From Bdellovibrionales bacterium Ga0074139 (lineage in GTDB: Bacteria; Bdellovibrionota; Bdellovibrionia; Bdellovibrionales; Bdellovibrionaceae): 64,000 nt of DNA. The number at the start of each line of letters is the position of its first letter. Position 1 is the stretch's first letter. The notes under the pieces were generated by a model. It did not search any database and was not told the DNA's origin. It worked only from the letters and a program-made list of their open reading frames with translations. Positions 8,748 to 17,691 of this stretch are shown here, piece after piece. Location: positions 57,924 to 121,923 of the forward strand of contig LNEB01000001.1 of the NCBI GenBank assembly GCA_001464795.1, in the 5' to 3' direction. The position numbers and the translations under genes are program-made.

Positions 8748-9923
8748 ATGAATTATCGTACGGATTGTACGCATTTTACTGGTGCTAAACCCTGTGGATT
8801 ATCCAAAAGTGATTGTCCAAGTATTTGCTCTTCTTATAAAAAAAGGGGAGCTCAGATTTTATTGATTCACTTAGGTGCACTGGGAGCTGTGGTTAGATCC
8901 ACGGGTTTGATACCTTTGATCAAGCAAAAGTTCCCAGATTCAGAAATCACTTGGGTCACTGATAAACCTGCCCACTTTTTGTTAAATAATCATCCTGATC
9001 TTAAACGAGTTTTTACTTCGGACTTTCAAGATCTATTAAAGCTTTCAAATTTTCATTTTGATCATGCCTTTGTCGTTGATAAAGACCTTAAAGCTTCAGG
9101 TATTTTGAAGATGTGCCTTGTAAAAAATGTTTATGGATTTTTAAGTGATGAGTCAGGAGTTATCAGACCACTGAACAGCGGTGCGGATAAACTTTGGGAA
9201 TTGGGTCTCAATGATGAGAAAAAATTTTTTATCAACCAGCAAACAGAACTCGAATTATTGGCTGAATCCTTTGAGCTCAAAGGTCAATTAAAGGGTTATC
9301 ATTTACCTTTAAATAAAAGTGAAATTGATGAAGCCCAAAGTCGACATCAAATGTGGAGCCAAAATCAAAAAGTAGTTGTGGGAATCAATACGGGGTGTGC
9401 GGCTGTTTTACCGGCTAAAAAGCTTTCCGTACAAAACCACAGGGACTTGATTAAAAAGCTTTTGCGATCTGAACAAAATTACCAAATTGTATTGTTGGGT
9501 GGGCCTGAGGACACTCAAAGAAATAGTGAAATTGCTGAAAATTTGGATGTCATTCAATCTCCCACAGAAAAGGGTCTTCGTGATGGCCTTATTTCTGTTG
9601 CAGCCTGTGATGTTGTTTTCACTGGCGATAGCTTAGGCATGCATATGGCCATTTCACAAAATAAAAGAGTCGTGGCTTGGTTTGGTCCCTCTTGTCATCA
9701 GGAAATTGACTTGTTTGGCAGGGGAGAAAAAATTCTAACCCAAGCGTCTTGTTCGCCTTGCTGGAAGAGATCTTGCCAGCAACCAGTGATGTGCTACGAT
9801 TTAGTTGATTTGCAACAAGTGGTGGAGGCCATTCATCGACAAACCCGAAGTGATCAATTGCATAATTCAAACAGCTTTTTTGGGAGATCTACTTCTTTCC
9901 ACACCTCTGTTTCATTGGACTAA
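8748..9923 (+). CDS. glycosyltransferase family 9 (heptosyltransferase-like) with Cys-rich N-terminal extension
   Basis: GT9 pattern: ILLIHLGALGAVVRST.LIP, LLGGPED, GDSLGMH.A, and a C-terminal C.PC...C....C. An extra N-terminal C-x8-C-x6-C-x3-C cluster is present. Confidence 0.7.
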   Translation: MNYRTDCTHFTGAKPCGLSKSDCPSICSSYKKRGAQILLIHLGALGAVVRSTGLIPLIKQKFPDSEITWVTDKPAHFLLNNHPDLKRVFTSDFQDLLKLSNFHFDHAFVVDKDLKASGILKMCLVKNVYGFLSDESGVIRPLNSGADKLWELGLNDEKKFFINQQTELELLAESFELKGQLKGYHLPLNKSEIDEAQSRHQMWSQNQKVVVGINTGCAAVLPAKKLSVQNHRDLIKKLLRSEQNYQIVLLGGPEDTQRNSEIAENLDVIQSPTEKGLRDGLISVAACDVVFTGDSLGMHMAISQNKRVVAWFGPSCHQEIDLFGRGEKILTQASCSPCWKRSCQQPVMCYDLVDLQQVVEAIHRQTRSDQLHNSNSFFGRSTSFHTSVSLD

Positions 9924-10923
9924 AAAAACCTATCCCAATCAAAAATTAGGCCTGATTTGTCGTAAAGGTTTAGGTCAGCCATTATTAGAATTGGGGCTTA
10001 TTGATTTTTACTGGGAAATTGAAAAGGGAAATCAGAAAACCTATCAAAATGTTATTCAGGAATTAAAAAAATTCGAAATCAATCAACTTATTTCCCCTCA
10101 CACCTCGCTTCGAACAGCTTTGATGGTGGCACAAATTAAAGCTCATCATAAAATCAGTTTCAAAAAAATATGGAATTTTATATTTTTTCAAAATCGAGTG
10201 AGTTTTGAAAAACAATGGCCCGAATCAATACGTTTGCTCAAGTTGATCGAAAATCGAAACCCTGAATTACAACAGAACTTTAATAACTTAAGGCCCAGTG
10301 AAGAATATATTTTAAAAAATGAAACCCATGATTTGCTACCTGCACCCAGTTGGGCTGATCCTGGATTTTGTATTGATCAAAATAGGGTTGAAAGTAAAAA
10401 GCAGCAGTATCAAATCAATGAAAAGTACAGATTCAATAATGCTGTCGCACTATTTCCTGGCAGTGTGTGGGCGACTAAGATGTGGAAAAAGGAAAAGTTT
10501 ATTGAACTCGGTCAATCACTTCACGCCAAGGGCTTTCAAGTTGTCATTATGGGCGGGCCTGAGGAAAAAACCTTGGGCGAGGAAGTGGCAAGGCAAATCC
10601 CGGGTGCTTTGCAGCTGTGTGGAAAAACGAATGTATTAGAATCCTTACTTTTATTAACCAATGTGAAACTTGTTATCGGAAATGACTCTTCAAGCAGTCA
10701 TATGGCAGCACTTATGAATCGCCCAGTGGTGAGTTTTTTTGGCCCCACAGTGCTTCACTTTGGTTATCGGCCTTGGACAGGTAAAGTGAAAGTCTTTGAA
10801 GTCAATAGCCTTAACTGCAGGCCCTGTGGATCCCATGGGCCAAAGGTTTGTCCACTGGGTCATCACAAATGCATGCAAGATTTAAACATCACCTTACAGG
10901 ATTTGCAGCCCTTTTTAAACTAG
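9805..10923 (+). CDS. glycosyltransferase family 9 (heptosyltransferase-like)
   Basis: GT9 pattern: IIQTAFLGDLLLSTPL, VIMGGPEE, GNDSSSSHMAA, and C-terminal CRPC....C. The only possible starts are TTG 9805 or GTG 9850, and both lie inside the upstream GT9 gene. Confidence 0.75.
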   Translation: MICNKWWRPFIDKPEVINCIIQTAFLGDLLLSTPLFHWTKKTYPNQKLGLICRKGLGQPLLELGLIDFYWEIEKGNQKTYQNVIQELKKFEINQLISPHTSLRTALMVAQIKAHHKISFKKIWNFIFFQNRVSFEKQWPESIRLLKLIENRNPELQQNFNNLRPSEEYILKNETHDLLPAPSWADPGFCIDQNRVESKKQQYQINEKYRFNNAVALFPGSVWATKMWKKEKFIELGQSLHAKGFQVVIMGGPEEKTLGEEVARQIPGALQLCGKTNVLESLLLLTNVKLVIGNDSSSSHMAALMNRPVVSFFGPTVLHFGYRPWTGKVKVFEVNSLNCRPCGSHGPKVCPLGHHKCMQDLNITLQDLQPFLN

Positions 10924-12317
10924 ATATCTTTAACGTTAATTCCGTATTTGCGAATTTTTCGAAGCAAAGTGTTTTTTGGAATATTGGCTTGGGCAACGGT
11001 TTGGTTGATTTTACCATCGTTGGCTTTCAAAGCATTAATGATGAACTCTTTTTCCATTTCTTCCTTGAACGAATCAAAGTCCATGGGACCTGAATACTCC
11101 ATACTGGTTTCTTTTGAATTTTTTAAAAATTTGACTTCATCAGGCAAGCTGTCAAAAGAAATCAGAGTGCTTTGGCCAGGTTCAAGAATAAAAGCCCGCT
11201 CGATCATATTTTCAAGTTCACGAATGTTGCCAGGAAAATTATATTTTTTTAAAGCTATTAAAGCATCCGGGTGTAGGCCCTGAATGTGACGAGAGTGATT
11301 TTTGTTAAAGTTTTTAATAAAGTACTGAGATAAGGGTTCAATGTCATCCAATCGATCCTTAAGTGGTGGCAAGAAAATGGGCATGACATTTAACCTGTAA
11401 AATAAATCTTCTCGGAAGGTACTATCATCCATCATTTTTTCTAAATTTCTGTTTGTTGCAGCAATGATTCGAGTTTCCACTTTCATTTCTCGGTTACTAC
11501 CCACAGGAGTGATCTTTTTTGTTTGTAAAACTCTTAATAACTTGACCTGCATTTCCGGTTTAAGTTCTGCGATCTCATCAAGGAAAAGAGTACCATTATT
11601 AGCGGCTTGAAACTTTCCAATTTTTCTTTCTGTGGCCCCTGTGAAAGCTCCCTTTTCATGACCAAAGAGCTCACTTTCAATGAGGCTATCGGGAATGGCT
11701 CCGCAGTTAATGGCCACAAAATTTGAATTTTTTCGAGGTGAATTAAAATGAATAGCTCTTGCGACTAATTCTTTTCCTGTTCCATTTTCACCCCGAATCA
11801 AAACTGTGGTATCAACTTTACACAATTTAAATATAAGCTGAAAAACGTCTTTCATTTTTTTTGTATTGCCAACAAATTCTGATTCCACATCATCATCAAA
11901 AACAGGATTTGATAAGGCAAGTGAAGAGACCATTTCACGGGCCTCTAGGGCTTTTTTTACGATGTCTGAAAGTTTGTCTGATTTGACAGGTTTTTCGACG
12001 TAATCATAGGCCCCTTCTTTAATGGCAAGAACAGCATCTTGTAAGTTTGAATGAGCTGTCATAATCACCACAAAAGTACTGGGGTCGTGTTCTTTAATCT
12101 GCGCAAGCGCGGTGAGTCCATCCATTTCGGGCATTCGAACGTCCATCAATACGATATCGAAATTTTGAGCTTTTATTTTTTGTACGGCTTCCAATCCGTT
12201 TTTCGCTTCTTCAATAATAAAGTGAATATCTGGGCTGATATTGGTGAGTATGGATGAAACAGATTTTCTGAGTTCGGACTCATCATCTACGATAAGGGCT
12301 GTTAATTCAGTGTTCAT
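10920..12317 (-). CDS. sigma-54-dependent Fis-family response regulator (NtrC type)
   Basis: REC domain (LIVDDE...DIVLMDVRMPEMDG). AAA+ domain with Walker A GENGTGKE and the GAFTGA motif (EKGAFTGA). C-terminal Fis-type HTH. Confidence 0.9.
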   Translation of the reverse strand: MNTELTALIVDDESELRKSVSSILTNISPDIHFIIEEAKNGLEAVQKIKAQNFDIVLMDVRMPEMDGLTALAQIKEHDPSTFVVIMTAHSNLQDAVLAIKEGAYDYVEKPVKSDKLSDIVKKALEAREMVSSLALSNPVFDDDVESEFVGNTKKMKDVFQLIFKLCKVDTTVLIRGENGTGKELVARAIHFNSPRKNSNFVAINCGAIPDSLIESELFGHEKGAFTGATERKIGKFQAANNGTLFLDEIAELKPEMQVKLLRVLQTKKITPVGSNREMKVETRIIAATNRNLEKMMDDSTFREDLFYRLNVMPIFLPPLKDRLDDIEPLSQYFIKNFNKNHSRHIQGLHPDALIALKKYNFPGNIRELENMIERAFILEPGQSTLISFDSLPDEVKFLKNSKETSMEYSGPMDFDSFKEEMEKEFIINALKANDGKINQTVAQANIPKNTLLRKIRKYGINVKDI

Positions 12318-12325
12318 TGTTACCT

Positions 12326-14113
12326 CTAAAGTGGAAGATAGAACCCTACCTGTGTACCTTGACCGAGTTCACTTTGCAAGGTGACACGGCCTCCGTGGAG
12401 CTCGACAAAGTATTTGACCAAGTAAAGACCCAGGCCAGAGCCTTTGCTTCTGTGAGATTGGCCTTGCCCACGAACAAATTTACCCCAAACCAAAGGCACT
12501 TCTTCGGGTGGGATTCCTTCTCCGTAGTCTTGTACAAAAAAGCCAATTTCTGTTTCGCTTTCAAAGCTTTTCACATCGATCACTTTGTTTTCAGCAGAGT
12601 ACTTAATCGCATTTTCGATTAAATTGTGAACCACTTCGCGGATTAAAGTAGGGTCTAAATCGACAAGAAAAAGTGGATCCAACTGCGATTGGATCTCAAT
12701 TTTTTTAAGATCAGCCAGTGGCTTTAAGGAAACTAAAACCTGTTCGATGATTTCGTTTAAGTCAGTGGAAACAGTTTCAATTTGAAAATCACGAGACTCG
12801 ACTCGCATGACCTTAAGAATGGATTGAATGTAGTGATTGAGTTCTTCAGTGGAGTCCTCAAGAGATGAAATGTCGTCATTCAGTTCTGTGGATTGCGCAG
12901 ACGTTTTAATTCTGTCTAATACTCCTTGAATTTTAGCCAAAGGAGTTTTGAGATCATGACTGATGAGGCTTACGAAATTGGATTTGAGTTGCTCGAGTTC
13001 TTGTAAGTACTTTTGTTCTTGCTCGAGCATATAATTTCGTCGCTCAATTTTTGATGCTTGATAGCCGACAAATACAATCCATACAGTGATAAGTAAAAAA
13101 AGTGTGCTGGCGGCTGGAAACCAAACATTTAATACATCAAAAAACCAAATGGATAGGCAAACTGTTAATAGAGCCAACCAACAATAAAAGAAGAAAGCCA
13201 CACTTTGCGGATAATAACTGATGATCAATACAGCTAAGATCACAATCAGTAAACAATAGAAAGCATAAACCACCGAGGGGTATTTTTTAATCCAGCGATT
13301 GTGAATCAAATTGTCAGTGACCTGTGCTACGATTTCAGCCCTCGAGAGTGGACCGACAGGGGTGAGATAGGGGTTGATAGAATTTTGGTGAGCTCCGATG
13401 ATGACAATTTTATCTTTTAAATAATCAGAAGGTAAGTCTCCACTTAGTAAATCAACAATATTTAAAGTCGGAAACAAATTTTGTGACCCTCTAAAGTTAA
13501 TAAACTGAGATAGGTTGCCAGGTGGAAATACTTTCCCTGAAAGTTTCTCTGGAAGTGAGGGGATTTCAGAGGGATTGGAGAGTATTTTTCTAATCTGTCC
13601 ATCTTCATCGGGTATCAGATGTATCAGTCCAGAACTTGCATAATCATTTCTTGCTAAAACGGATGTCAGTGATTGATCATAGGTGCCCAGCTGTGAAGCC
13701 CAATAGACTTGGGGATGAAAAAACACTTGAGTTTCTTCATCGGTAAAAAGCATGTTTTGAAAATCTTGACCAAAAAAAAGAGTCACTCCGATCGCTTGAG
13801 GCTTTTGTTTAAGCAGAGTTTCTAATATTTGCCGCCACAGTAATGGATCCCAAAAAAAAGACTCTGAAAAATCTTGCGTTTGGTTGAGGTTAAGTAAATT
13901 TTGAACTCGAGGATCGTAGTAGCGACTGAGATCATTGGGTTTAAGGTTCAGAAGTACGATCTGTGAATTTAGATTTTGCATTCCACGAATTTTGAATCGA
14001 GTATCAAAATTATTTTTTTCATCGTTAAGCATGGCAAGGCTGCCGAGTGCCCAGCAGACCAGTATTCTTAAAATGAGTCCTTGGCGTCGATAAATCCAAC
14101 GGAGCCAACTCAT
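12326..14113 (-). CDS. CHASE2-domain sensor histidine kinase
   Basis: The ORF extends to 14281, but that would overlap ribF head-to-head. The ATG at 14113 gives MSWLRWIYRRQGLILRILV... followed by a TM segment. The periplasmic region has CHASE2-like motifs (PDEDGQIRK, INFRG...F, KIVIIGA...TP.G), then 3 TM segments, HisKA (SLISHDLKTP) and HATPase_c (GSGLGLYL). Confidence 0.8.
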   Translation of the reverse strand: MSWLRWIYRRQGLILRILVCWALGSLAMLNDEKNNFDTRFKIRGMQNLNSQIVLLNLKPNDLSRYYDPRVQNLLNLNQTQDFSESFFWDPLLWRQILETLLKQKPQAIGVTLFFGQDFQNMLFTDEETQVFFHPQVYWASQLGTYDQSLTSVLARNDYASSGLIHLIPDEDGQIRKILSNPSEIPSLPEKLSGKVFPPGNLSQFINFRGSQNLFPTLNIVDLLSGDLPSDYLKDKIVIIGAHQNSINPYLTPVGPLSRAEIVAQVTDNLIHNRWIKKYPSVVYAFYCLLIVILAVLIISYYPQSVAFFFYCWLALLTVCLSIWFFDVLNVWFPAASTLFLLITVWIVFVGYQASKIERRNYMLEQEQKYLQELEQLKSNFVSLISHDLKTPLAKIQGVLDRIKTSAQSTELNDDISSLEDSTEELNHYIQSILKVMRVESRDFQIETVSTDLNEIIEQVLVSLKPLADLKKIEIQSQLDPLFLVDLDPTLIREVVHNLIENAIKYSAENKVIDVKSFESETEIGFFVQDYGEGIPPEEVPLVWGKFVRGQGQSHRSKGSGLGLYLVKYFVELHGGRVTLQSELGQGTQVGFYLPL

Positions 14114-14213
14114 GGAAACTAAAAATTCTTTGATATTTTGCACTGTTACGCACCATAGCAAAGGCCGGGGAAATTTCAAGGATTCAGAATTTAAAGTCTG
14201 ATATTGTGGACTT

Positions 14214-15155
14214 ATGAAAATTTTCTCTAGCTCTCTGGATTTTTGCGAAAATGGGACCCCCCTCCATATGGCAGTGGGCAATTTTGACGGTCTGCACTTG
14301 GGCCATCAAAAACTGCTGCAAAAGGCGCTTTCTCAAAAAAGACTTTTAGGTGGAAATCTTGCCATTTATAGCTTTACACCCCATCCACAGGCCTTTTTCC
14401 AAGCCGACAAAAAACATACTTATTTAGAAAACAGAGAAACTTGGTATCAAAGGCTTAAAGATTTTGGAGTGGACATCCTGATAGAGGAAAAATTTACAAA
14501 GTCTTTCTCAGAATTATCGGCACAGGAATTTTTGTTAAAGTACTGGCAATCCTCACTACATTTAAAAAGTTTAGTTGTCGGTTCTGATTTTAAATTCGGT
14601 TTTCAGCGCACCGGTGATTTTTCTATGATTCAGAATTGGGCCAATGACTGTGATATTCAACTCTTTGGTATTTCACCAGTCATGATTAACAACAACCGAG
14701 TATCAACATCGAAAATTAAGTCCTATCTTCTTGAGGGAAGTGTTTTTGAAGCCTCTCAGTTGCTTGGCAGACCCTTTTCCATTCGAGGTCAGGTCGAGCC
14801 CGGCCACCAGAAGGGTCGAGAGTTAGGTTTTCCCACACTTAACCTAAGAGATTTTTCTGCGGAAAATTTAAAAAGAGGTGTTTACATCACTTTAGTCAGA
14901 GGAGCTTTTGATGTTTGGAATTCAGTGACAAATGTGGGTGTCAGGCCCACCATTCATGAAAAATCCATAACCCTGGTTGAGTCTCACATATTAGATGGCT
15001 TCAAAGATAATCTTTATGGTCAAAATATCGAAGTGGAATTCTTATCTTTTGTGCGTCCTGAAATGAAGTTTTCTGGGCTAGAATCTTTGAAACTACAAAT
15101 CGCCAGTGATGTGACGGCTGCAGAAAATTATTTCAAGAAAAAACAGGGAGTTTAG
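14214..15155 (+). CDS. ribF: bifunctional riboflavin kinase / FMN adenylyltransferase RibF
   Basis: GNFDGLHLGHQKLL nucleotidyltransferase motif, plus a C-terminal riboflavin kinase domain (GFPTLNL, VGVRPT, ESHILDF-like). Confidence 0.9.
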   Translation: MKIFSSSLDFCENGTPLHMAVGNFDGLHLGHQKLLQKALSQKRLLGGNLAIYSFTPHPQAFFQADKKHTYLENRETWYQRLKDFGVDILIEEKFTKSFSELSAQEFLLKYWQSSLHLKSLVVGSDFKFGFQRTGDFSMIQNWANDCDIQLFGISPVMINNNRVSTSKIKSYLLEGSVFEASQLLGRPFSIRGQVEPGHQKGRELGFPTLNLRDFSAENLKRGVYITLVRGAFDVWNSVTNVGVRPTIHEKSITLVESHILDGFKDNLYGQNIEVEFLSFVRPEMKFSGLESLKLQIASDVTAAENYFKKKQGV

Positions 15156-15157
15156 AT

Positions 15158-15940
15158 TTGAAAATTATTTTTGACTGGTCAGAACCTAAAACTCCCCTTT
15201 CATTTTTTGCTGAATCAATTTTGAAAGAACCTCAATTCGCAGACTTCAGTTATCAGGTGGCAAATGGTTCACTCAGTCCCTCTCATTTAAAAGCGGGTGA
15301 GGCTTTTTTTCATAAATGGCCTTTGCACAAAAGCCCAGAGGCTTTGGCTCTTTTTTCCTCTCGACCAGAAAAAGTTCAGCTTCTTGAAACGCTTGATTGT
15401 TTGGTTACAAAAATGGGCCCTAACAATCAGGTCCAATTTTGGCCTGAACTTTTTTTGCCTGCAGTCATTCGAAAATCAATTAAAAATAAAGTGAGCACTC
15501 TGAACCTGAATCATTTTGCCTATGTTGTGTCCCAGGACCTATGGATGCGTCCTTTGGCATCAGCCGCTGTGAATTTAGGTTACGCCAACATAAAGCTTGT
15601 CGGAACGGACATTGATTTTTTAAAAAATCAGAAAAATTACTTATCAAGAAAACTGATAGGGGTTAATTTTGAAACTGTTTTAACGCAAGAACTGACCCTG
15701 CAGCCTCAGCAAGCCGGTTTACTGATGAATAGTTTAGATCTTCAAAAATCCAAAGATTGTTTGCAAGACTTGGCCTATTTTAATTTTATGACCCCTGAAG
15801 GCCTATTTCTTGATTTTATTGATGGGGCTGCCAATCTCTCCCTCAAAGAGGAAGCTGACAGGGCTCATTTGATCAGCATTAACGCAAAAGAAATTGAACA
15901 GCTATGGTGGAGTCATGCCTTACTATCGTCTAGTCCATAG
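15158..15940 (+). CDS. hypothetical protein, degenerate shikimate dehydrogenase (AroE)-like
   Basis: TTG start 3 nt after the ribF stop. By-eye collinearity with AroE, but the GAGGA dinucleotide-binding loop and the NTD motif are not conserved (see finding). Confidence 0.5.
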   Translation: MKIIFDWSEPKTPLSFFAESILKEPQFADFSYQVANGSLSPSHLKAGEAFFHKWPLHKSPEALALFSSRPEKVQLLETLDCLVTKMGPNNQVQFWPELFLPAVIRKSIKNKVSTLNLNHFAYVVSQDLWMRPLASAAVNLGYANIKLVGTDIDFLKNQKNYLSRKLIGVNFETVLTQELTLQPQQAGLLMNSLDLQKSKDCLQDLAYFNFMTPEGLFLDFIDGAANLSLKEEADRAHLISINAKEIEQLWWSHALLSSSP

Positions 15941-15985
15941 TCAGTGTTCACTACGAAATTTTAAGTTTTGTGGCTACAATAAGGT

Positions 15986-17689
15986 ATGTCATTAAAGTTA
16001 GGTGAACTCCTTGTAAAAATGGGAGCTATTAAAACTGATCAGCTCTCTGTTGCCATTGAGGAAAATAGAAAAAATGGCACTCGCATTATGGCTTCTCTTG
16101 TTAGCCAAGGAGCCATTAAAGACCGTGATATTTTATCTCACATGGAAAAAATTTTTGGACTGACTGGTATTGATTTGTCAACGTTTGAAATTGATCGCCA
16201 AGTCACTCAACTTGTAACAAAAGAATTTTGTGAAAAAAACTTTTTGATCCCTTTGCAAAAAGCGGGTCAAACTTTGGTTGTGGCTTTTGCTGATCCTACC
16301 AATGTAGTGGTCAGAGAAGATTTAAGATTTCTGACGCGGCTTAAAATCCAACCTGTGGTCGCCACTGAAAATGGAATTTTATCAAGTGTTGAAAGATACT
16401 ACGGTGGAAATTTAGCCAGACAAAACTTTGATAATTCCGATGAGATGGCAGCAGCTGAAACTGATGCGGTATCAAACACCGAAGTGATTGACCAACAAAG
16501 TACAGGTGGCGCTGTTGAGTCAGACCCCATTGTTAAATTTGTTAACGCTGTTCTTGCTGAGGCGATTAAGAAAAAAGTGGCCGATATTCATTTTGAACCC
16601 TACGAAAAAAGATACCGTGTGAGATTTCGAATGGATGGTAATTTAATTGAATCAGCATCACCACCTTCGGGAACATCACAAGCCATCGCTGCTCGTATTA
16701 AAATTATGTCCAAACTTGATATCGCTGAAAAACGTGTTCCTCAAGATGGTCGACTGAAAGTGAAAACTGTGCGTGGAAAAGAAATGGATTTTCGTGTCAG
16801 CACATTGCCTACTCTATGGGGAGAGAAAATTGTTTTGCGACTTTTGGATCAATCCAATTTACAGCTGGATATGACAAAGCTTGGATTTGAAGAAGATGAA
16901 TTAAGATTATTTAAATCCAACATTCATTTACCCCAAGGAATGGTTCTAATCACAGGTCCCACGGGATCTGGTAAGACGACTACGATCTACTCAGCCCTTG
17001 CAGAATTGAATCAGGTAGATGTGAATATCAGTACGGCAGAAGACCCAGCCGAGTTCAACTTAGAGGGAATAAATCAAGTTCAAATGAACTCTGACATAGG
17101 TCTGACCTTTGCGACCACATTAAGAGCTTTTCTGCGGCAAGATCCTGACATCATCATGGTCGGAGAGATTCGAGATCTTGAGACAGCGGAAATTTCTTTT
17201 AAAGCTGCATCAACAGGTCACTTGGTTGTAAGCACTCTGCATACTAACGATGCACCTTCGACTGTCACTCGTTTATTAGAGATGGGTGTGGCACCTTACA
17301 TTATCACTTCATGTATCAACCTTATCGTCGCACAAAGACTTGTCGGAAAAATTTGTGAGAGCTGCAAAACTCCCATCGATGTACCTGCACAAACACTTAT
17401 AAATTTAGGAATCGCCAAAGAAGATATTTCTGAGTATCAAATTTTTAAAGGACAAGGCTGCTCGAATTGTAATAGCACAGGAATTAAAGGCCGAGTGGCC
17501 GTTTATGAATTGATGACGATGTCAAATAAAGTGAAAGAACTGATTTTAAATCATGGAACCTCCGAGCAAATACGAATTTTAGCGAGAGAGGAAGGCATGA
17601 AGACATTACGAAGAAGTGCTTTATCGAAACTAAAAAAAGGTGTTACTTCCATTGAAGAAGTCCTTAACTCGTCTGTGCGGGATACTTAA
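15986..17689 (+). CDS. pilB: type IV pilus assembly ATPase PilB (GspE family)
   Basis: N-terminal MshEN/T2SSE_N-like domain (LGELLVKMGAI...), Walker A GPTGSGKTTT, Asp/His boxes, and a tetracysteine motif (CESC...CSNC). Confidence 0.9.
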   Translation: MSLKLGELLVKMGAIKTDQLSVAIEENRKNGTRIMASLVSQGAIKDRDILSHMEKIFGLTGIDLSTFEIDRQVTQLVTKEFCEKNFLIPLQKAGQTLVVAFADPTNVVVREDLRFLTRLKIQPVVATENGILSSVERYYGGNLARQNFDNSDEMAAAETDAVSNTEVIDQQSTGGAVESDPIVKFVNAVLAEAIKKKVADIHFEPYEKRYRVRFRMDGNLIESASPPSGTSQAIAARIKIMSKLDIAEKRVPQDGRLKVKTVRGKEMDFRVSTLPTLWGEKIVLRLLDQSNLQLDMTKLGFEEDELRLFKSNIHLPQGMVLITGPTGSGKTTTIYSALAELNQVDVNISTAEDPAEFNLEGINQVQMNSDIGLTFATTLRAFLRQDPDIIMVGEIRDLETAEISFKAASTGHLVVSTLHTNDAPSTVTRLLEMGVAPYIITSCINLIVAQRLVGKICESCKTPIDVPAQTLINLGIAKEDISEYQIFKGQGCSNCNSTGIKGRVAVYELMTMSNKVKELILNHGTSEQIRILAREEGMKTLRRSALSKLKKGVTSIEEVLNSSVRDT

Positions 17690-17691
17690 AA

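Noticed and set aside
10948-11283. A 111-aa + strand ORF (and 10848-11093) antisense to the NtrC-type regulator.
   Set aside because: It lies inside a strongly supported sigma-54 activator CDS. The translation is hydrophobic or low-information, typical of antisense frames.
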